Origin: Hydrolagus colliei
Lineage: Eukaryota
DNA: 64,000 nt
NCBI GenBank assembly: GCA_035084275.1
Contig: CM068742.1
Span: forward strand, 154,690,001-154,754,000
Reading direction: 5' to 3'
This document shows, in pieces, positions 10,105 to 21,949 of this stretch. The translations under genes were made by a program, and so were the position numbers. Every line of letters starts with the position of its first letter. Within the stretch, counting starts at the first letter, position 1. The notes below the pieces were generated by a model that did no database searches, was not told the DNA's origin, and saw nothing but the letters and a program-made list of their open reading frames with translations.

Positions 10105-10565
10105 CTGACCTTCAAATCCCTCCACTCATCTGCACCCCGCTACCTGTCTAAACTCCTCTCTCCTCAAACCAGTTCCCGTTGGGACATTTCAGCGTTTCAG
10201 CGCCTTGGGACGTCCTCCCGACGTAAAAGGCGCTCTATAAATGTAAAATGTTGTTGTTGTTGTTGTTGTTGCCTTCGCTCCACTGGGTCTGGCCTCCTTC
10301 ATGTCCTGTGAATCCTACGCTCCACCCTCGGCGGCCGTGCCTTCAGCCACTATGCCCCAATGCTCTGGAATTCCCTTCCTCACTCCCTTCATCTCGACCC
10401 CTCTTTTCTCAGTTTCAGGTCCCAGCTGAAGACCTTTCTCTTCGACCGTGCCTTTGGTCACCTTTCTCCTGCCCCTGGCTCGGTTCCGCGGTCCACTATT
10501 GTGAATTGCTCTGAGACGCCGTCCGTCGTGGAGGGCCCAATATAAATCAAAGCTGTTGTTGTTGT
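10105..10565 (+). mobile_element. L2-type 3' fragments occupying the site of the region deleted in genes A/B (paralog ~28559-28930)
   Basis: L2-like 3' sequence (gctgaagacctttctcttcgaccgtgcc) with (TGT)n tails. Boundaries approximate. Confidence 0.6.
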
Positions 10566-11366
10566 TGTACTATATATACTGTACAATTTTGTTTTTTGTT
10601 GTTGGGAGGGCGTCCTTGACGTGTAGTGTTAGAAAAGAGAAAGGAGTTTCTCTGGGTGTCCAGATTAAATTGTTTATTTACTTCATGGCTCTTTGTGGGT
10701 CCGTGTTGATTGTCGCATTCGACAACAATAACAGCAACAACAACAAAATTATATATGTGTGGCGCCTTTAATGTCAGGAGGACATCCCATGGTGCTGGAC
10801 AGTTACTGCTTCAGACCTGAGCAGAGCACAGGTCTGGGCGGGGGGGGAAGGAGTTGTCGGTGGGTCTATCGAAGAGGAGATTCTTGAATCGAGACTTGAA
10901 AGAGTACAGTCGGGGGGCGAGGCCGAGGAGCTTCAGGATGGAGTTCCAGAGGTTGGGGTCAGAGTGATTGAAGGCTCAACAAATCCAGTCGCAACATAAC
11001 ACAGTGAATCCTGTCAAATGCTATCAGATGTACTACGATATGTTTTGACAATGTGATAGCACCACTTTGCTGTGTCCCTCAAATGTGAAATACATAATAA
11101 ATTAGTGTTGCTGTTGTTATTAAATCAAATGGAATAATATCCAGCCCCTCGGGCCTCGCATGTGGTTCCAATTCCCAGTTCACTGTTCATTCCTTGAACC
11201 CTTTGTCCCAGCTTTGGGGACTGGGCTTCAGACATTAAAGCCATATCTCTGGACTTCCACATACACAGTACATACACACTCCATTTGATAACTAGTGTCA
11301 TATTTCCTTTGTGAAGCCAATTTTCAATTGCTAATTATTTACCAACATTGTCTGTCTTTCCTTCAG

Positions 11367-11405
11367 ACGTGCACGGAAATTCTACCATCAGAACCGTCGA
11401 TGACA
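11367..11405 (+). pseudogene. Gene A tail exon 5, downstream of the stop (YGN->HGN)
   Basis: cttcag|AC...GACA|gtgagt, paralog of 53318-53356. Confidence 0.7.
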
Positions 11406-12011
11406 GTGAGTGTTGTCTACCTTTTCTGGTTTATTGTTTATCCTGTCTCTTCTCCGCTCGCACTCTGGCTTTGGGTCAGGAGGAGGGGTATTGGAGCCTC
11501 TAAGTTGGGGAATTTGAGGTCACACAGTCCAGGCTGATGCTCCAGTGCAGCAATGGGGAGAGCGCTGCATTGTCAGAAGTGCTGTCCTTTGAATGCGATA
11601 TTAAACTGAGATCAAGTCCATGTCTGATGAAGTTGTTTTGGTCTGCCACGTGCAGAAACACATCTGTTTGTCAAGAGGATCAAAACTTGACTGAGAGTTC
11701 CTGTCACCTGTACATCTGGAATGCAACGTGCTGTTGAGAAGGGAATTTATCTTTCCTTGTGTCCTGGCCATCATTGTTTCAAATAAAATTGGTCGCTCAC
11801 TTCATGGCTATTTCTTTGACATTTCAAACACAAATTGTGCACCAGGTTTGCTGGTAAAATACACATTCACTACAATGGACTGTTTTTCTTTGAGATATTT
11901 GGACTTTATATTAATATGAGGTTTCGAGTGACTTTAAGTTGGTCACACAGTGTATCACAGCTCTCAGCAAGTGGAGGTACATGTCCTGATTCCATTTTGT
12001 TTCTCTTCTAG

Positions 12012-12064
12012 ATGTGATTTATGCTGTTGTCTCCAAATCGAAGAGGAGCTCAGCTGAGCAGTGA
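12012..12064 (+). pseudogene. Gene A terminal exon with untranslated ITIM relic (VIYAVV)
   Basis: ttctag|ATGTGATTTATGCTGTTGTC...TGA, paralog of 53955-54007. Confidence 0.75.
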
Positions 12065-13937
12065 ACTCTGTCCCCTCCCAGAGTCTGCTGTCCACAGTTT
12101 ATATAGGTGTGTCCTGCAGTGACTTATATTGGGCCTGGATCAGCAGCCAATACAATAACATTGTACAATCAGTCCCTGAGAGAGCACGGCTCATTACAGT
12201 CCCAGTGTGTTTGTAGTGTGGCTGTGGCTTGTGGCCTTGCTGTGTGTAAACACATGTTATTGCTGCCTGTGACCTGCAATTTACAATTGTGTTTATCTCC
12301 ACTTCAGTGAAATCAAACATGAGGGGGTCAGGCCTAAAAGGAAGAAAGAGTCTATTCTCTGTCAGGGAGAAACACTACCACTTGGTGGACATTCCGGGGT
12401 TGATTACTACATTTTTTCACAGATAATTTAGATCTACCGTTCAAAAATAGTAATCCTTTCAATTGATATAGACGTCTTTAAAACATCATGCAATTGCTTG
12501 CATCATTGTCCCCAAAACAGTCATAGATTGAGTGACTAAATTATTATTAATCATCAGTTATTATAAGGGATTATTACCCCCAGAAAAGCAATCCATCAAT
12601 TGACCAACAATTCAATGCTGGGTCAACTGAGGCATGTGGAGTAAGGAAACATGCCGACGTATGAGTGTGCTGCCTTTACACTCTGGGCCACTGGGGGCAC
12701 TGCAGGATCGTCATCAGTTCACAAACCAGTGGACAATCTGTCTCAATGTTTTCTAACTGAATGACTTGCTTGATGATTAAACTTCTTTGTCTCTCTGACC
12801 AGTGGATATGTTCCTTATTCCGCAAGTTGACCCTGAATGTAGATTCGTGGCTGGGCTTTCATTGTTGAAAGCGGCTGCCAAGACTGGAACAAGAGAACAT
12901 GTCTGGGTGTGTTACATCTGATGGGTATATAAAGGGGAGAACTGCGAGAGCCTCAATGGAGCCTAGAGCTGGCAGAGTGAGTGCGACCCGAGTGAGGCGA
13001 GACCAGAGTGAGAAGGAATTGGATGAGAGTGAGAATTAGGTGCAAAGTTATAAAATATAAAACAAACCCCCACTGCCCCAGATCAGCCTTCCTCTCCCTC
13101 CGACCACTACGCCTCCTGTCCCTGCTTGACTGGCCCACAGCTTTCCTCTGCTCCTCTCTTCACATTCTCTGTCACACACACCATGGCAGACGCCGCTATC
13201 TGTCCAACAGCACCCACACTGACTGCCCCATCCCCCACTCTCATCTCAAGGTCCATCAGTCCCCTTCACTGGGGGCAAACCTTTCCTTCCTCAGACATAT
13301 CCCCACATTCCCTTTCAATACTCCAGGAGACATGAAGGAGACCAGAGCTCTTTGAATGTAGCGAGCGGGCTCCCTCCTTGCCTCTAATAATACTCTCCTC
13401 TAGCCCTTCAATTATCTTACCATCCCTTCATACTCTCCCTGCCCTCTACCCCTCCTTATCCCAAGCCCCAACTCAGAGTCAAATCCCTCACTGTCCAATG
13501 CTTTAGGACATCCTACCGACATGAAAGGCACTATACAGATGTAATTGGTTGTTGATATAATAATTATTCTTGCATTTGATTTAGCACCTATCATGTGAGA
13601 TGTCTCAAAGCGTTTCACAAATATTCACTGGAAAGTGAATTGACTTTAAGGTGTATTCGGTGAAGCGCTTTGACACATCAGTGTTTTCACTGTTAATATC
13701 AGAAGTTATAGCGTTTTTATTGGTACGGACAGGGGAGAGAATTCCAATGAAAGTTGACAGAAGTAATCTGGGAACTATCCCTCCGTTTGCCTGACCTCAA
13801 CAATTTTACTTCTTAATTTTTTCACCAAAGAAAGCAAGTGGCCGATTATCACTTGCTTTCTTTAGATATAATAATAATATAATTGATAGTTGGCACATGT
13901 TCGGAAAAGGTACATATAGTTTGACCAAACTCATAGA

Positions 13938-14428
13938 CAGTAGAAGCCCATTTATCCGTGACTCGCTGAACCTGCAGTTCTGTATAACCGGCACTTCCCA
14001 AAAAAGCCCACATTCGATCAACCGGAACTTATCCGGAACAATAGCGGTGGAGCATTTGTGAGTCATTGTCACGCAGGCAGATTAGTTTGTTTTGCCGCTA
14101 GTAGAGTCTAGGTTTATTGGCTTGCTGCAAGTAAGGCTTTTCACCCGCATGGCGTCCTCCATTGCAAAAAGAATCGCTGCACTGTAAACCTCAACCACAA
14201 CATCATGGCTTCAAGCGCAGCATCTACCAGTAAAGGTGAACTATGGTACAGTTTACAACATTTACAATAAAGTACCAATACAATATCTGGTATTATTTAG
14301 TCTGGTGTGAATGGTGTGTGTTAAAAGAACTTCAATTTTATTGTGGTGGGTTTTTGGCAGCTGGCCGACCGAATATCCGGCATTGGCCAGGTCCAGCTGG
14401 TGATGGATGAACGGACAATTGGTGTAAT
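13938..14428 (+). mobile_element. Possible Tc1/mariner (pogo/Tigger-like) DNA transposon fragment (paralog ~32890-33378)
   Basis: Starts CAGTAG with repeated TTATCCG/AACCGG motifs. Absent from the paralogous site near 56200. No right TIR seen. Confidence 0.35.
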
Positions 14429-14586
14429 TTGTTTGAGGAGGTGACAGCTCAGATTAATTTGGGAAAGCTATGTGTTGTAGTAGAGCTAGATCCAGAAGCC
14501 TTTCTACAAAACGCCACAAGAAACCCAACTTCACAAATGGTAGTCACTGGTTATCAAGAGAAAGACTAGGAACTAGGAACTGGATT

Positions 14587-15950
14587 CAACAACGACCACC
14601 ACAACAACAAAATTGCACTTATATAGCGCCTTTCACGTCGGGAGGCCGTCCCAAAGCACTGAACAGTCTGATCGGAACCCAAGTGGGGTAGGGTGGGGGT
14701 TGGGGTAGGGGGAAGGGGAATGAGAGTGGACAGGGGGAAGAGTTCGTGGGGCAGCCGAAGGCGCGGTTGAAGAGGAAGGTCTTGAGACAAGCCTTGAAGG
14801 AGGAAAGTGAGGAGGCGAGGGGGAGGGGCTGCGAGATGGAGTTCCACAGTGTGGGAGCAGAGAGGCTGAAAGCCCGGCCACTGATGGTTGGGGGGATTAG
14901 GGCAGTGGACGCGGAGCAGGCCTGAGTCTGCTGAACAGAGGGGACAGGGGAGGCTGATAGGGGGATAGCAGGTCAGAGAGATAGGTGGGGGCAGGCCGTG
15001 AATAGCCTTGAAAGTGAGAACGAGGATCTTGAATTCTATCCTCTGGGGGACGTGGAGCCAGTGGAGATGGGCGAGGGTGGGAGTGGCGTCGTCGCGAAGC
15101 CTGATATGGGAGAGAACACGAGCTGCAGAATTCTGAATGATCTGCAGCCTGTGAAGGGAGGAGCTGGGGAGGCCGACGAGGAGAGAGTTCCTGTAGTCAA
15201 GCCTGGAAGTGATAAAGGCATGGCTGAGAGTTTCGGGGGCGTGGGAGGTGAGGTAGTAGCGGAGTCTAGCAATATTGCAGAGGTGGTGGAAGGCTGTGCT
15301 GGCATGGAGTGGATGTGAGGGAGGAAGGATATTTGGGGTTGAACAAGACGCCCAGATTCCTGATTGGCATCAAGAGGTGGAGAGAACAGCCTTGAATGCT
15401 GATGTTGTCAGCGCCTGAGGTGTGGAGGCGCTGATGTGAGCATATGAGTAGGACTTCTGGATTGTTGACGTTGAGTTGTAGGAAATTTGCCCTTGTCTAG
15501 GACTCAATGTCGGACAGACATGCAGACAGAATACCAGTGGTCGTGGAATCGAGGGTTGATGTGGATGACGTTTGTGACATTGACCAGGGCAGTTTCTGTT
15601 CTGTGGGAGGCACGGAAACCCGATTTGAGGGGTTCAAGGAGTGAGTGTTGTCCTTGAAAGAGCGGAGCTGGGAGACAACCACTCTTTCAAGGACCTTGGC
15701 AAAGAAAGGGAGGTTGGAGATGGGCCTGTAGTTAGATAGCTGCGACGCATTGAGGCAATTATTTTTTATGATGGGGGTGATGGTGGCGGTTTTGAAGGCA
15801 GTGGAAACAGTCCCGGAGGAGAGGGACAGGTTGATAGTCTCCGTGATTAGAGGGGCTAGAGGGTGGAGCTGGGTGGTGAGGTGAGGGTGGTGAGGAGAGG
15901 AGAGGGGTGGGGATGGGATCAAGGGAGCAGCTGGTGAGCTTCATTGAGGG
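14587..15950 (-). mobile_element. Internally deleted L2-clade LINE
   Basis: Minus-strand RT remnant (INLSLSSGTV..KTATITPII..NYRPISNLPFFAKVLERVV). (CAA)n tail at the left end. The empty site is seen near 56360. Confidence 0.85.
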
Positions 15951-17241
15951 ATTGACTGAAGGGAAGGGAAGGAAGCAGAGACCTTTGTTAAGTGAACAAT
16001 GTCATAATATATACTATATGCTGTAGTGCAGTGACCACTTTCCTCACAACAACAACAAACTGACATTTGTATCGTGCCTTTCATGTCATAAGCAAGAGAG
16101 CTGGGTTCAATTCCCAGCAGGGTGAAATGTTGGCCAAGTTTCCTTACTCCACAAGCCTCTATTTAACAAGCCAGTAAGTGGGAACCTGGTTGTTAGTCGA
16201 TTGGCGAATGGCTTTTCTGGGAATAATAATTGGTTTTAAAAACTTAAAAATTAACTGACCAATTCAATCAATGATTGTTTGTGGAATACTTCTGTGCTGA
16301 ATTGTCTGCTGTGCTGCCACAAAACATAGTCAAGTCACTTTACAGTTTATTCTGTGAAGGTCTTTGAGACAACAAATTGGTGATGACCTGGAGTTGCAGA
16401 CCCAGTGTAAAATAGTTAAGGGAATGGGACGGTGGAAGGGTTAGTGTTGGGAAGAACAGTACAGAGGCTCAGAACAAAGCAGATGTGGGGGGTGGAGCTC
16501 AGACAGTGACCACAGTACGAGGGGAGGATGGAAACAGAAGGGTGAATAGTTATGTCAGGGATGCGAGGGGAAGTAATGAAAGGCTGATGCAAGGAGCTGT
16601 TCTCTATACCCTGGTCCCGTCAGCCTCTGCCATAATTTAAGGGTGACGTAAGCGGGGAAAGCAACAGGTGAAATTGCAATAGATTATTTCTGCTGAACAA
16701 CCAACTAGATACCAGGAACATATCTAACAAATGACAAAAAAGGAACTCAGTGAGAGTGGGGTTACAAACCCCGTCTTTACACAGAAGTGATGCAATAGTG
16801 AAAATCTTCACAAACAACAAATAATGGCACAATCCGTCAATCTATCAGAGGGATCTGAATAGATGTTTGAAATTGAGGAATATTCTTTATAGGGAGTGGT
16901 GGGAGGGGGAGTGACCCAACTACGAGGTCAAGTCCAAATCCCTAATTGTCCAGGGCCTTGGGACATCCTCCCAACATGAAAGTGCTGTACAATGTCATGT
17001 ATTTGGGATATAAAGCTGTGGGCAATGTAACCGAGTGTTAAACTTCACTCAGTGAGTGTAACATGGGGCGGGGGCAGAGTTAGTGTTGAAACATTGCAGA
17101 GGATCAGACAAGGGTGATATGGGGGCTGGAGCTCTGGTGTTGACACGGAAAATGAGGGGAGGAAGGAAAGAGAGGTGTGGCCAGCTGTGTCAGTGCGAGG
17201 CAGGCGTGCGAGGGGAAGGAGTGTGTCCTGAGTGAGGGAAG

Positions 17242-17293
17242 ATGATACTGGGAGCTGTGCTCTGTGCCCTGGTCCTGTCAGCCTCTGCCTTAC
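17242..17293 (+). CDS. Leader exon of truncated unit psi1 ([17 protein letters not shown])
   Basis: Intact ATG and C|GTACGT donor. Confidence 0.7.
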
Positions 17294-18564
17294 GTACGTA
17301 CTTTCCAATCAGTAACTATAATAACTGATCACACGCGATTGTCACCTCAATGCTCGACTCCGGCAACTCCCTCCTTGTCGGCCTCCCCAACTCTTCCCTC
17401 CACAAGCTGCAGATAATCCCAAACTTTGCACCTCGTGTCCTCTCCCACAACAGGCTCTGCGACCCTATCACCCCCACCCTCGCCCTGGTCCACTGGCTGC
17501 CTGTCCCTCAGAGAATCAAATTCAAGATCTTGATACTCACATTCATGTCCCTCCACCCTCCTACCTCTGTGACCAGCAGATTCCCTATCAACCTACCTGT
17601 CCTTCCATTCAGCAGGCTCCAGCCTTCTCCATGTCTCCCACCCGACCCTCCCTTCCATCTTTGATGGGCTTTCAGGCTCTCTGCTCCAATTCTTTACGGT
17701 TCTATCACACAATCCCTTTGTCTTGCTTCCTCCCTTGCCTCCCTTAACGCCAGTGTCAAGATCCTCCTTTTTGAGTGTCCCTTCAGCGGCCTTCCTGTCT
17801 CTCTGGCCGCTTTCATCACAAACCTGCACCTACTCCACCACCTCCCCTATGCTTGGGTCCTGGCACCTGACTGGTCAACGCCTTGGGACATCCACCCAAC
17901 ATGAAAGCCGATCCATAAATATAGTTGTTGTTGTCGTATCCGTTTAGTGGCATGATTACAGAGACAGGTGACATCTGTAAATAATGTTTTTGTCTTTAAT
18001 GTTGACAGATCTGCCGCTGAGTGAGTGACTCACTGAGCCTCACAGGGCAAGTGTGTATTTGTTCATTCTGCTTCCATTTGATTTTCCAAACCTCTCTCTG
18101 TCTTGTCTTGTCTGTCCGTCTTCGCTCCCAACTGATTCCCAAGGGATGGTACAAATTACCCTCAACGCATATTCTGCGATCCACAATATTTTCGTTTCCT
18201 CTTACATCAGATGCCTGGGTGACAACAAATTATGATATTTTTATAATACAATAGACCACAAGAGCGTTTTTCTTTCCACAAGCCACCCATTCTAATCCCA
18301 CTGTCCAGTCACTTCCGATTCCCTACACCCTTAATATTGCTCCTCTTCAATCATCTATCCAATTCCCTTTGATAGATGATGTCTTGAATCCAGTTTGTGG
18401 CAGATAATTCCACAAGTCCATCCTGTGTAAAGACCAAAGTGTTTGCTTGTTAACTCTCTGCCTCTACTTTATCTGTTTTAAGCTCCTCATAGTTCCTCTT
18501 TTGTGATAGTATTAGATCTGTTCCTATTGCGATATAAGTGAAAATATATTGCTATTTCCCCTGC

Positions 18565-19058
18565 TCCGTGACCACATCAATCCCACCCTCGCCCGTCTAC
18601 ACTGCCTCCCCAGCCACCAGAAGATCGAATTCACGATCTTTATCCTCACTTCCAAGACCATTCACGCCCTTGCCCCAGTCTATCTCTCCGGCATGCTATC
18701 TCCCTATCAGTCTGCGTGCCCCTCCATTCAGTGGGCTCTGGTCTGCTCCATGTCCCCCGCCCGAACTGTCCTCCCATCGGTGGCCAGGCTTTCAACCTCT
18801 CTGCCCCCACACTCTGGAACTCCATCCCTCAACCACTTCACCTCGCTTCCTGTTTCCTCCTTCAAGGTCGATCTCAAAACCTTCCTCTTTGACCTTGCCT
18901 TCTGCTGCCCACCTAACTATCCCCACTTTCCTACTCACCATCCCCCTACCCCTACCTCGACCCTTCCCCCCCCTGCCCAGGTACCAACCCAACTGTTGAG
19001 TGGCTTGGAATGTGCGCCCGACGTGAAAGGAGCTCTGAAAATGTAATTGTGTTGTTGT
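18565..19058 (+). mobile_element. L2 3' fragment inserted in the psi1 leader intron
   Basis: LARLHCLP..QKIEFTIFILT L2 remnant with a (TGT) tail. The empty site cccctgttgtg is present in other units. Confidence 0.75.
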
Positions 19059-19343
19059 TGTGACTTGGTGTGACCTCTATCTGGTCGCCCCAAACCTTCT
19101 CAATTTGTGAGCCACCAATCTGCCAAATCTCTCTTCGGATATGAAACTTATCATCTCTGTGGACTTGCCAACACACTAGGATGCATCTTTTCCATTTTTT
19201 AAAATAATGTTCTGATAGTGGATCCACAAATTGTCTACACTAAACCCAGCTGTGACCTAACCAAGCTCTTGTCCAAGTTCAGTGTTGCCTGTTTGCTTTT
19301 ATATTGTGTTCTGGTTCACATTACACCATGTGTGACCTCACAG

Positions 19344-19763
19344 GGCTCAGTGAGAATGGCTGGACAATGGAGACCCTGATACAGTGACCGGCAGGTTAGG
19401 GTCACCAGTCATCATGTACTGCAAGTTCACTCACCCTCACCCCAGATACACAGGCAACATCACCATCAGGTGGAAGGGAGGCTGGGCTAGTCCTGTGTAT
19501 TTTAAATATACAAACTATAGGCCAGATTCACAGGGAAAGTATCAAAATATCATTGATGTAAACGAGGGAGACGACACCGAGTGATTGCGAACCCGAGGAG
19601 GAAAGACGCTACAATACAGATAAACCAGCTGAGGGGAGAGGACAATAATAAGACTTTCTCCTGTTCAACTGTCAACTGTTCAAAAGTTCAACTGCCGTGT
19701 GGAGCTCCAGAGTGAGGGGAGACAGATTGAAACTGGCCCCAGATACATGTCTGTATGTTACAG
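19344..19763 (+). pseudogene. V1 pseudo-exon of psi1
   Basis: Same C4->C3 deletion (giving ACC CTG ATA CAG TGA), the same second deletion, and a 31-nt insertion, as in psi0. Confidence 0.9.
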
Positions 19764-20055
19764 GTGAGGAACGATGGGAAGTGGGAATGAGACGTGATGA
19801 TCCTCACTGGTGCCGGAGTCAGTGGGAAGTATCTCGCCCAGGACGGGCAATAGGGAGCGAGTGTTCCCAGTGAAGGAAGGTGTGGAACAGGGGCTGGCAG
19901 GGACAGTGAGTGAGCAGCTGATGGGAGGGAGGGCTGTGCTGTACACTGACCTGTCACTGTGGGAATGTCTATTTGCCAAGGCTCCTCACATGTGTGTAAC
20001 ATGTACTGTGTCACACTGACTGCTCTGCACTATTCCAATCCTGTTCCTGTCTCAG

Positions 20056-20439
20056 GTCATGAAGAGAAGCTCCCATCAGTGATTGGTACCAAGGGAGGTG
20101 ATGCCACACTGCCCTGCTCCTTCACCAGGCCCAACACACACCAGAATCCTGCCACAGTCACAGTGATTTGGAGGAGAGGGAGCCCACAAGGGCAGCCAGT
20201 TACTAATGACACTCTTGACCTCACCTACCGCTCCAACCCCAGGGAGTCAGAGACAGTGAATGAAGGAAATCACTATAACCTGGTTGGGAATGTGAGGGAT
20301 GGAGACGATTCCCTGAGGATCAGGGACTTGGAGTTAAAAAACACCAACCGGCATTTCTGTAACGTACACATCATGTTTATATTAAACAGACAACAACAGG
20401 ACCAGACGACACAGGACTTATCACGGATACAGGTTTTTG
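20056..20439 (+). CDS. V2 exon of psi1 (open)
   Basis: 384 nt, phase 1-1. Intron read-through stop at 20469-20471, AATAAA at 20480-20485. Confidence 0.75.
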
Positions 20440-21169
20440 GTAAGAAATCTCTTGTCTCTGCAGGTCACTGAATCGGATAAATAAACAGGTAAATGTTCAC
20501 CAGAACAACATTAAAACTAAGTTTGTTTAATTCCATATTCTGCTTCTCATGTGTTAATTAGCACACAGAATGTATTCGGAATGAGTAGAAACTTTAGTTA
20601 ATACAGGAGACAGTGTTTCTTCCCTCTCGTCTGATGTTGACTGGCTAGTCAAAGCCTTAACAATTAGACTCACTTTTACCACCGCATTTCCTACCCTACT
20701 CTCTTCCTGATCCCAAATTGCAGCTTTGGTGGTGGTGGAAATCCTGATTTGGGAATTCCACCCCGTGTGAAAGCCACGCTACAAATGTGATTGTTTATTG
20801 TGGCTTAAAGTAGCAGGAAGCTTGCCATGGGGTGTGTACAAGATTACGGAATGACAAGATTGGTCTGGGCGACGAAGGCCCATCTGATGTGAAAAGCGCT
20901 ACACAAATGTAACTCTGTTGTTGTTGTTCATTTCGTCTTTTCAAAACACACACCTACTGTCCACGCATCGCATCATCAAGTTGCTTTGTAAATGAATCCA
21001 GTGTCCTGGCCTCAAATACACTTCCTGGCAACCTGATCCAGTTGTGCGAGTGTGCAACAATGGGGAGAGAATGACTGGGATCAGAGTGGAGAGCTCCAGT
21101 GGGGAGTGAGCACAGACATGATGCGGAAATATATTTGGTAACAATAACTCTGTTTCTTTATATCCAAAG

Positions 21170-21207
21170 CTCCGGCCTTCATCCTGACTCTGTCCATCAT
21201 GGCTGGT
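21170..21207 (+). pseudogene. C2 exon stub of psi1
   Basis: Same breakpoint (GGCTGGT|CCACAGAATTAG) as 1816-1853. Confidence 0.85.
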
Positions 21208-21949
21208 CCACAGAATTAGGGGAGAATGGAAATAGAAGTGTGAACAGTTGAGTTAGTGTAAGCAGGCAAGAGAGGGGACATGGTGAAGAGATGATGCTGG
21301 GAGCTGTGCTCTGTCCCTGGTCCCGTCAGCCTCTGCGGGTTTTAGTGGTGGCCTAATAGAGGATAAGAATTGGGAAAATAGGAAAATAGCAATAGATTAT
21401 TTCTGCTGATCAGCCAGTTAGTTACAAGAGGAACATATCTAAAACCACGACAAAAAAGGTACCAAGGGGAGGTTAGAAACCTCGACTTTACACAGAAGGG
21501 GTGCAATTGTCGAATTCAGTAACAAACAATAATTAAGGCAAAATCCGTCAAGTCTATCAAGGGGTTTGAATAGATATTTGAAGAGCAGATACATTAAAAG
21601 GTGTGGTGGGAGGGGGAGTGTCCCAACTCCAACATCGGGTCCAAATCCATAATTGTCCAGTGCCTTGGGACATCCTCCCAACATGAAATTGCTGTACAAT
21701 GTCATGTATTTGGGATATAAAGCTGTGGGCAATGTAAACGAGTATTAAACTTCACCCAGTGAGTGTAACATGGGGCGAGGGCAGAGTTAGTGTTGAAACA
21801 TTGCAGAGGATCAGACAAGGGTGATGAGGGGGGGTGGAGCTCTGGTGGTGACAAGGGAAGTGAGGGGAGGAAGGAAAGAGAGGTGTGACCAGCTGTGTCA
21901 GTGCGAGGCAGGCGTGCGAGGGGAAGGAGTGTGTCCTGAGTGAGGGAAG

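Noticed and set aside
12915-13070. TATATAAA-containing segment resembling a promoter or solo LTR (paralog ~31280-31430)
   Set aside because: No downstream exon, no paired LTR, PBS or TSD could be identified, and it is absent from the C unit.
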